From Paraspadella gotoi (Eukaryota > Animalia > Chaetognatha), in contig CM119263.1 in NCBI GenBank assembly GCA_051294375.1, positions 31,240,358-31,292,824 of the forward strand: 52,467 bases of DNA, in the 5' to 3' direction. Both the position numbers and the translations under genes were made by a program. Numbering within the stretch: the first letter of the stretch is position 1; every line of letters starts with the position of its first letter. Positions 12,312 through 21,300 of this stretch are shown piece after piece. The notes under the pieces are model-generated. The model ran no database searches, had not been told where the DNA came from, and worked only from the letters and a program-made list of their open reading frames with translations.

Positions 12312-15300
12312 ATGAAGTTCTCCGTCGGGATTCGCCTCTTTTCATGCGCAGCTCCTTTGCTGCTCCGCTGCGTCACGACCCCGCGCCCGCTGCTTCGACG
12401 GACTCCTCTTCCGTCGTTCTTTCACTCCGCCTCCGCGAGACATCTATCGTTAACGGACTCATCTTTGACCGACCAATTGCTGACTTATCACGACGACGAC
12501 GAAGATGACGACGTCATCGCTACCGAGGTTTCCATGGATTGCAAAATCACGTTTCAGGCTCGATCCATCGACGAGTTGTTGGATAGGATGCGGAATCTCG
12601 ACCTGCTGTTGCCGCCGCGAGACTTGAAAATTCTCTTCCGATCGAATCAGCGACTGGCGACCAGTCTTATGCCCAGACCCAAAGTACATTGTCCTTTTAA
12701 TTCCGTTGTTTTATTTTTTTTTTTTTATCTCGCCAGACGGCGTTATGGCGTGATAATCGTTTAGAATTGCTTCTTTGTGCCGTCGTTGACATGGTTGTCA
12801 CGCTTTTTATCGTTGATCTTGTAACGCTTTTGTACATAAGTGGCGTCGTCGTCGTTGTCGTCGTCATCGTTATCGGCGTTCCAAATTATAGATCGCCTTT
12901 TTGATGATTAAATTTGGATGTTTGAAGCTGAAAATTTATATACAGCTTCTCATCATCGATGTCTCTTTTCCCCAGTCTCTGATTCATCGGAAAAAACCGA
13001 GTCTGCAGCTGGCTCTGCAGGGGCTTTTCTTTTTCTTTCTTTTCTCCTGCTGCTTCTGCTTTTTTATTTTTTATTTTTGTCTCTTCTCTCTTTTCTTTTT
13101 TAATTATATGTAGCTCTCTCTCTCTCTCTTTTCCCCAGTTGCTGATTCCTTGGGCTCTGCAGGGGCTTTTTGTTTTTCTCTTTTCTCCTGCTGCTTCTGC
13201 TGCTGCCTTTTGATTTCTTTCTTTTTTTCTGGCTGCTTCTGCTGATTTGTCCGAAAACGATTTGGTTAAAAAATTCACCAAATATTTTTGTTTGCAATTT
13301 AAAGAAAATTCTAAATATCAATCAGAATAATATTTTTTTAAATAAATATTTACTTTATTATTTTATTTTACTTTACTTCTCTTTACTTCCCTTAGTCAGT
13401 CTCATTCAAGTTTCACTTTGTCTTTTGTCTGGGAATGCTGACAGTGTTTAGAGAAGTCGCATTCGATCAAACTGCTCGCTTATGCGGGCTAAAAGTAAAA
13501 CAAAAGTTCCTTCAATAATATCTCTCCAGACTTATTTTTCTTATTTTTTATTTTCCTTTCTATTCTTTCTTTCCTTTCTAATTTTTCTTTCCTTTATATT
13601 CTTTCCTTTATATTCTTTCCTTTATATTCTTTCTTTCTTGCTTTTCTATCCTTTTTTCCTTTTTTCCTTTCTATCCTTTTTTCCTTTCTATTCTTTCTTT
13701 CCTTTCTATTCTTTCTTTCCTTTTTATTCTTTCTTTCCTTTCTATTCTTTCTTTCCTTTTTATTCTTTCTTTCCTTTCTATTCTTTCTTTATATTTATTC
13801 TTTTCTTCTTTTTCTTTCTGTTTATAAATTAATTTTCTTTTCTCAAATTTGAATTTTTTTAGTATTATGGTGGACTAAGATCCACCAACCATTCATCAGC
13901 GGCCATTGGTGCCGGAGGCAAGTCAATCGCGTCCCAACCCAAAGGTCCGGGGTTCTAGCCCGGTGGTCGCCTAGCAGTTAAGAGGGACGGGGCGCTTAAC
14001 CCGCCTGTAACATGGTGTTACAGCCTGATCCGAAGCTCAGGGACTGCTTACATTGAACGGTTCTGTCACTAACACATAACAAATATCACTGTCTCTTCAT
14101 TGGTGAGCCCGACTTCCGAACACAACAGCAACAACACTTTCAGGCGACCTGCCTCAACCTGGCGATGCACTTTCCGCCATCAACACATCAGGCGACATGC
14201 CTTAACTTGGTGACAAACTTTCCACCAACAACAATAATTCACTGAAGAGACACAACAGACTTCTCCCTACCGGAGGGGGGGATGTATGGTGGACTAAAAT
14301 CCACCAACCATTCATCAGCGGCCATTGGTGCCGGAGGCAAGTCAATCGCCTCCCAACCCAAAGGTCCGGGGTTCTAGCCCGGTGGTCGCCTAGCAGTTAA
14401 GAGGGACAGGACGCTTAACTCGCCTGTAACTCGGTGTTACAGCCTGATCCGAAGCTCAGGGACTGCTTATATTGAACGGTTCTGTCACTAACACATAACA
14501 AATATCACTGTCTCTTCAGTATCAAAATTTGTCGTCAAGATTTTTCTTAAGCGATTGCTACGATCCTTATGCTTTTAAGATTTTTTTACATTTTTTTAGA
14601 TTATTACGGTTTATATAAAATTGGTACAACCAATATAAAAAATATCCATTTATTTAACAAATAAGCGGGTAACTTTACTATTCGACATCCACAACCAACT
14701 TTAGTTACTACTGGTCGGTACTTTGTTAATCCATTTAATTTTGTTTTCCCTCGAGCTTCGAATCTCAGTTTACGCAATAATATGAATTTTTTTGTTTAGT
14801 AATACTAATTTTATAATAAATAATAATTGTTTTAAATTTATTTTAATTGCTATTTTTATATTTGAGATAGAAAATGAATTGCTTGTTTACGTACAAGTGT
14901 TATAAAGAAACATGAAATTGTGAATTGTCAAAGCACTGATGAAGGCTTGAATGAAAGCCGAAACTTGTCTGTACCATTAAAATAAAAAACCGTTGATGTA
15001 ATAAGACTTCGTCTTGAATCTCAAAAAAGTTTAATCACAAACTCTTTTTTAAAAATTCTTTCATTAAGTTGATCAAATATAAAAAAACTATATTTTAAGC
15101 TGAAAATAAAAATTTTATGTATTAAATATGGTTTTTTTAAATTTTTAACCCACTTAATGAAAAAGTTTTTAAAAATGATTTATATTTTCTTTCATCAACT
15201 TTTGACGAGGAATTAAAATATGAAATCAAAATTCAGAAAAACCTATTTTGAAATTTTACGATTTTATAAGGATAGTTCTATAAATAAATATAGACTTTTA

Positions 15301-18300
15301 TAGTTTACTACAAAAATTGAAGAACATAAAATTAATTTTTTTTATAAATTAATGTTTACTGATGGTATGTTGTTCATAATTGACATTTAGAATTTTTGTA
15401 TGTAACTTTCACTACGCTCTATTGGTTAGGGCTGGTTTTACAGGGCGCCACACCCGCAGCGGTGTCACCTCGTGGCGACAGCGAGACAGCATGTTCATAT
15501 AGTCCAGAGCTTTGGATCTGGCAGTAGACCCATGCCTACAGGCGGGTTACCCGGTCCATCCCACTTTCAACATGACAACCTCAGGGCTCGAACCAGGGAC
15601 GCACATTGGGATGGTGCATTAGTCCACTGAGCTACTGAGGCGCTGCAAAAGAAACAGCTTTAATCCATCTGTGGTGATAGGACCACCAGAAGGGGTTGTT
15701 AGGGTTAAGGTGGTTTATTTTTGCGTAGCGAGATTTTTATATGTCGCTTATAAGAAGCAAAAAAAAAATAACCGACCGAAAAATCTTGGTGGGCGAATGT
15801 AAAAAGAGCCAAATAAGCTATCTTGCCCCTGGACAGGCTTTGGTGGTTCAAAGCCTCCATCACTCTTACAAGATAATGATATAGCAGGTCTCTGCAAGCT
15901 TTCAATCAAGACTCTTTCACAGTCGAGTTTATTCATTCCCAGAGAACTTGGCTTCCCTATCAATGAAGTGGTATAATGTTTCAATTGTATTAAAAGACCA
16001 TTCCCTTAAGTATCAGATCGGGGAATACTATATTGTATTTCGCACTAACATCAAAATACAAGCTGAATTTTTTGAAATCTTTTTTATTAAAAACAGTATT
16101 AACATAATGAAATTGGTACAACCAATAATTATAAAAATTATATAAAGATTATGACGGTTTATAATTTTTTTTATGTAAAAACTACTACAAATTATGATTG
16201 ATTTTTATAAAAGTGTACGATCATTATTTAGTACTGGGTTCCGCGTACAAACGTTGCATTTTTAGACCGCTAAACATAATATTTTTGCCTTTCACGCATT
16301 AAACAACTCTCGATAATTTTTACCAAAAATCTCAAGTAAAGTCACGACACATTTAGGAAAAAAACGACTCTTTCCACTATTGTTCAGTTGTTACTTAAAA
16401 TGTTAATTAACTTTGTACCACAACACAAATTAGGCCGAACGAAGGATTGGTTAGAAACATCTCCACCCATTTCTAATGATAAAATAGTACCATTTTGGCA
16501 ACTTTTAGCCAAAAAAATTATGTCCATTTTTACTTACGACTTCTGATTTGAAAGCCAAGGAAAGTTGAGAAAAATTTTTTACTTTGGAAATCCGTTCTTT
16601 CTTATCTTTTTTACCTCTGGGTAAATTTATTAGCTTAAATCATTTATAGTTTGCCTATGAATTAATTTTAAAGTTAACAAGTCAAAAAGTTGGAGTTTCA
16701 GTCTTTATCATAATTTGTTAAACAAAAATAAAGCAAATTGGTTAAAATTAACAGAAAATATAGCCTATTGAATAAGCTTTTAACACCTATAAAATTATCA
16801 AAAAAACTTTTTTGGTTTAGCCACAAATAATTTTTAAAGACGTCTTTTAATTTGTGACTTTTTGTGACTTGCATTTATTTTTGATAAAGAGAATATTTTC
16901 AACTCATTTATTAGTTTCAAAAGATGAGGTACATACTGACCTTGATTAAAAAAAACCGCATCCTTTTAACCCAATGGAAAGCGTCAGGACCCTTTTTTTC
17001 TCAGAATCGACAGATTTTGCGGAAAAATTTTCCGCAAAATCTGTCGATTTATTAAATTTGCTAGGCAACCAAAATTGAAAAAAAAAATCATGCGCTACCG
17101 TTCATTTTCTTTCTTATAATGCATTTTAAATATTTTATTTGATTTGGCTCGATGTAAACGTAGTGAGAGGAAATAGGAAAGGGAAAACAAGAAAAGGAGA
17201 AGGGGAGAGAATGAAAGAGAGGGTGAAAGGCAAAAAAACGAAGGAAAATGGGGAAAAAATAGTGAAACAATTGTAAGGTAAGAAAAGAGGGGAAAAATGG
17301 AAAGAAAAAGATGGGAAAAATGGAAAGAAAAAGAGGGGGAAAAAAGGGAAAGAATGAAGATGAGAAAAAAAGGTGAGGAAAGTGCATGAGTGACAGAAAA
17401 TGGTAGGGGCCAAAAAAATGGTAAGTGACAGTGTGAGAAGTAAGGGAGGAAAGAGGAAGAGAAAAATATAAAGTAAGAGAAGAAAAGAGGTGAAGAACAA
17501 TAATCAGGAAAAGCGTATGAAGGAAAAAAAATTGTATCAGATAATTTGGCGTCTTACCTAAAATCTTTTGTGTAAGTAAAAGACATGAGGATTCTTATAA
17601 GGAATTCGATCTTTAAAAATCATCTGTACCATAAAAATTCAAGCATACTTTTTTCTAAAATTAAGCAGTTAATGAGATTAGATTGACAATCATTGAAGAA
17701 ATCATGTCTTACCGTATTTTTAACTCATAGAAATTTACATGGGAAGTTCTAAGTGATAAGAAGGAGATAACTTGAGACTACCGTTTTTTTAAATGAAGAA
17801 AGCTTCGTACTAACCAATGAGATCAAAAAATATGGTAATTATTGAAGTTCAGATTTCGTTGTTTAAAAGATACTGATTGTATGCGAAACCACTGTTATTA
17901 GTTAGCCTCAGCTGAAAATAAATCTATCTCCAAGACGCCGAGTTGATAACGTAATTGTTGATGTAATCGCCAATTGATGAGAATGTGTGGTTGATGTGGT
18001 TGTTAAGAACTTAGTAATGATTGATTTTTATAAAAGTCTACGATCATAATAAGTGAAAAATTTAGATATGGGTTCTCATCTTTAAGATCTTTGAAATTGT
18101 TACGTTTCATATTGATTGGAATATTTTTGTTTGAATTTCCTTCTCATTATGATTTACTGCAATATACAAATTAGAATATAGTACTTACTGCAATATGAAA
18201 ATTAATATATAATATACTATATTCTAATTTGCATATTGCAGTAAGTCAAAATATTAAAAAAATTTAAAAAAAAAATACTTGAATCCATATGAAACATGAC

Positions 18301-21300
18301 AGTTTAAAAGATCATGATGATGAGAAGCTATATCTTAATAATCAATTATTATTGCGTCAATAATCAATTACTACATCAATAATTCATTATCACATTAATC
18401 ATTCATTTTTTTTCCGGATTTTTTTATTAATTTTCTTTGATAGTAACGTCTGGCGAGATAACTTTACTTTTAAGATTTTTTTGTAAGATTTAAAATGAAA
18501 TACTCTTCCCCCCTCTTTCCCACCAAAGTCCCGATGTTTCTTGCTGGAGATCGAGCATCTTTCGCTGATTTGCCTGAAGGACCGCTGCATTATTCTCAAT
18601 CCCCGCGACGAGATTGTCAAGAGTTTTGTGGAAGATTTATGCTACTATCGATTGGGCAACAAGGATTCGACCGAGGAAAGGTAAATATAGTAAAGCTTGT
18701 AATATGGTTGTTACTAAGTCTACTTGAGTACTTAGTCCTTAAGGCGCCCCAGTGATAAAAATGATATCATAAACATAAGGGTCTATCATCAAAGGAATTT
18801 GAATGGTGATAATTGTTAATTTTTCTTTGCACGGGAAAGTGGAGAAAAATATTTTCATCTCCTAGTTGCATTGCGAACAAGGATGAGAAAATTTTTAATT
18901 GATCTCCCCGAGATACTGATACAGTCCATCCTCTTACTTTCTCTTAGGAAATCATTTTTTCATAAATTATAAGTGATATTATGGTAACAGCCGGGTTGCC
19001 TGTGATGACCATTGGGATGGGGCATCTTCACTGTTAGCTTTGGGGCTTCCGATCCTTAGTGACGTTTGGGATGTTGCCTTCCCCTCTGAGCCAATGATAT
19101 TGGCTGAACGATGGTGGTCGTGAGGCCTCAATATTATCTCCTTCATATGCACAAAGAAAAGTATAAAAAAAAACCAAATCCTGTGGCCTCATGTCCACCA
19201 TCGTTCAGCCAAATCCATTGGCTCAGAGAGGGGAACACACCATCCCAGGCATAGTGTTCCATCCACAGTCCTAACGACTTCCCTCTGCGTTGGCAAAGCT
19301 AGACCGTCCTAGGGTAACCGCGCCAGTGACTGGAGGCGTCACTGAGGGTCGAAAGCCCCAAAGCCAACAGTGAGATGCCCCATCCCAATGGGCATCACAG
19401 GCAACCCGGCTGTTGCCATAATCCCTATTTTAACTTGCAGTCCAAAGCCCAAGACTAAGGGTTCCAACAAACCGACGGCGCGAGACTATCACAAGATGTT
19501 AACATGCAGCATCCAAAAGATGGACTTTGAACACGTTGTGCTCGAACAGGCATTGGCCAACATCACCGCCAGATACACTAGACACGTGGAACTGACGAAA
19601 CCAACTCTGGAGCTGCTTCTTTATCAAATTGAACTCGATCCCGCTGTCTCCATGCTGCGCCGACTGTTGGCCTTCAGAAAGAGTTTGATTGAGTTTGAAA
19701 CGGGTGTCCATCAGGTAGAATGGTCAAGATTGGAATTCCTGTCTTAGTAGTTATTAAGGCGTCGTTAGTTGCAGATCAAAAATTCGAATAGTTCATGAAC
19801 ACTGAAGTCTTGTACTAACGAACAATGATATCTTTGATAGACGGGGGAGGCGGATCCTCGTATCCGCTGACGATATATAAAAAATTTTATCGTCGCAATC
19901 GCTAAGCACTTGCGATGATATTGTATTGCTTTTGCCCATAAGTGGCGTCGTCGTCGTCGTCGTCGGCGTTCCAAATTATAGATCGCCTTTTTTATGATTA
20001 AATTTGGGTGTATGAAGCTGAAAATTTATATACAGCTTCTCATCATCGATGTGCTTAAAATTGAGTCTCGACAGTTATTAAATATGTTTTGTTTACGTTT
20101 TATCAAAACAAACAAATTTTCCTTTTTATTTTCATATTTGTTTCTCTCTCTCTTTTCTCTTTTAATTACATGTCTCTCTCCCTCTCTCTTTTCCCTAGTC
20201 ACTGATTCATAATCATAGGGAAAAAAACGAGCCTGCAGCTGGCTCTGCAGGGGCTTGTTCTTTTTCTCGCTTTTCTCCTGCTGCTTCTGCTGCTGCCTTT
20301 TGAGTCTGCAGCTGGCTCTGCAGTGGCTCTTTCTTTTTCTCTCTTTTGAATTAGGATTGAACTCGTAAAATTAGGCATCGCATTCGTGCATGTTATCATT
20401 TTGCTATTTTTCAGAAACTGTAAGTTTAATTTTTTTCCGTACTTTATTATATTTTCTTTATTAACAATCGCAAAATAGAATTTTTCTTTGTTTATAATTT
20501 AATTTTCTTTTTTTTAGTATCAAAATTTGTCGTCAATCCAGATTTTTCTTATGCTATTGCGACGATCCTTATGCTTTTAAGATTTTTTTAAAATTTCTTA
20601 ATTTTCGCATACGCCCATAGTTATACATAGTATCTACCATAGAAAATGTCAAAATTTAAAAATAGTTTTTTTGTTTTTGTTTTAAAAGCAGATTCGAATT
20701 TCTCATAAAAGTTGAAAAAAGAAAATGTCTTAATAAAAAATTTTTTCATTAAGTTAGCTAAAAATTAAAAAAATATATATATATACTAAAATTAAATTAG
20801 AGGTTAACTATAACAGTTTTTTAGGATTTTTACCCACTTAATGAAATAATTTTTTAAAAAGAGTTTTCTTTTTATCAACTTTTCGTGAGGAATTCGAATC
20901 CGCTTTCAAAATTAAGAAAAATCTATTTTAAAATTTTAACATTTTCTATGGGCGTATACGAAAATTGAGAAATTTTTAAAAAAAATTATATATCAATGTT
21001 TACAGATTCTACTTGATTTTAATAATTTTGCTACGCTTTAGTAGTTATTGATGGTTAAATCAAATAATTTCTTTGTTTAAGTTGTGCCACGTCTTGGAGA
21101 ATCTCCTCAACAGCGACGAGGATATGGCGGGATTTTACCTGACTTCGCCCGTCGAAAATATCGCCGACCACAACGAAGTGGAGCTTTTAGTTGAAGCTTA
21201 TAGTCATGACCTCGGTGATATCGTCAGTGAAATCAAGACGATGAAGGTCGGTGACATGGCTTATCTTCCTGGGATTTCAGGTTTCGTAAAGTACTTGATT

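Larger units (their letters stand above)
13866..14518 (+). mobile_element. Miniature LTR retroelement (TRIM/retrozyme-like)
   Basis: LTRs 13866-14099 and 14283-14518 (TG...CA; 5' copy lacks the first TG; ~8 differences); PBS TGGTGAGCCCGAC 14101-14113 (tRNA-Trp-like); PPT GGAGGGGGGGA 14272-14282; TSD GTAT 13862-13865 and 14519-14522; ~183-bp non-coding interior. Confidence 0.9.
12804..14590 (+). mobile_element. Helentron/HINE-like family A copy hosting the TRIM; internal 18-bp pyrimidine tandem repeat at ~13560-13830
   Basis: cataagtggcgtcgtcgtc...ggcgttccaaattatagatcgcc matches 19937-19990; 3' end gcgattgctacgatccttatgcttttaag at ~14551-14579; host motif ttagtatcaaaatttgtcgtcaa is split by the TRIM. 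Confidence 0.75.

Noticed and set aside
13482-13832. Phe-rich ORFs (also 17088-17500 and 47760-48095)
   Set aside because: Translations of pyrimidine/purine low-complexity tracts.
13870-13900. Minus-strand CTGATGA in the LTR as a hammerhead
   Set aside because: No correctly placed GAAA or closing stems.
13899-13970. Functional tRNA gene
   Set aside because: D and anticodon arms do not form properly; it is a tRNA-derived part of a repeat.
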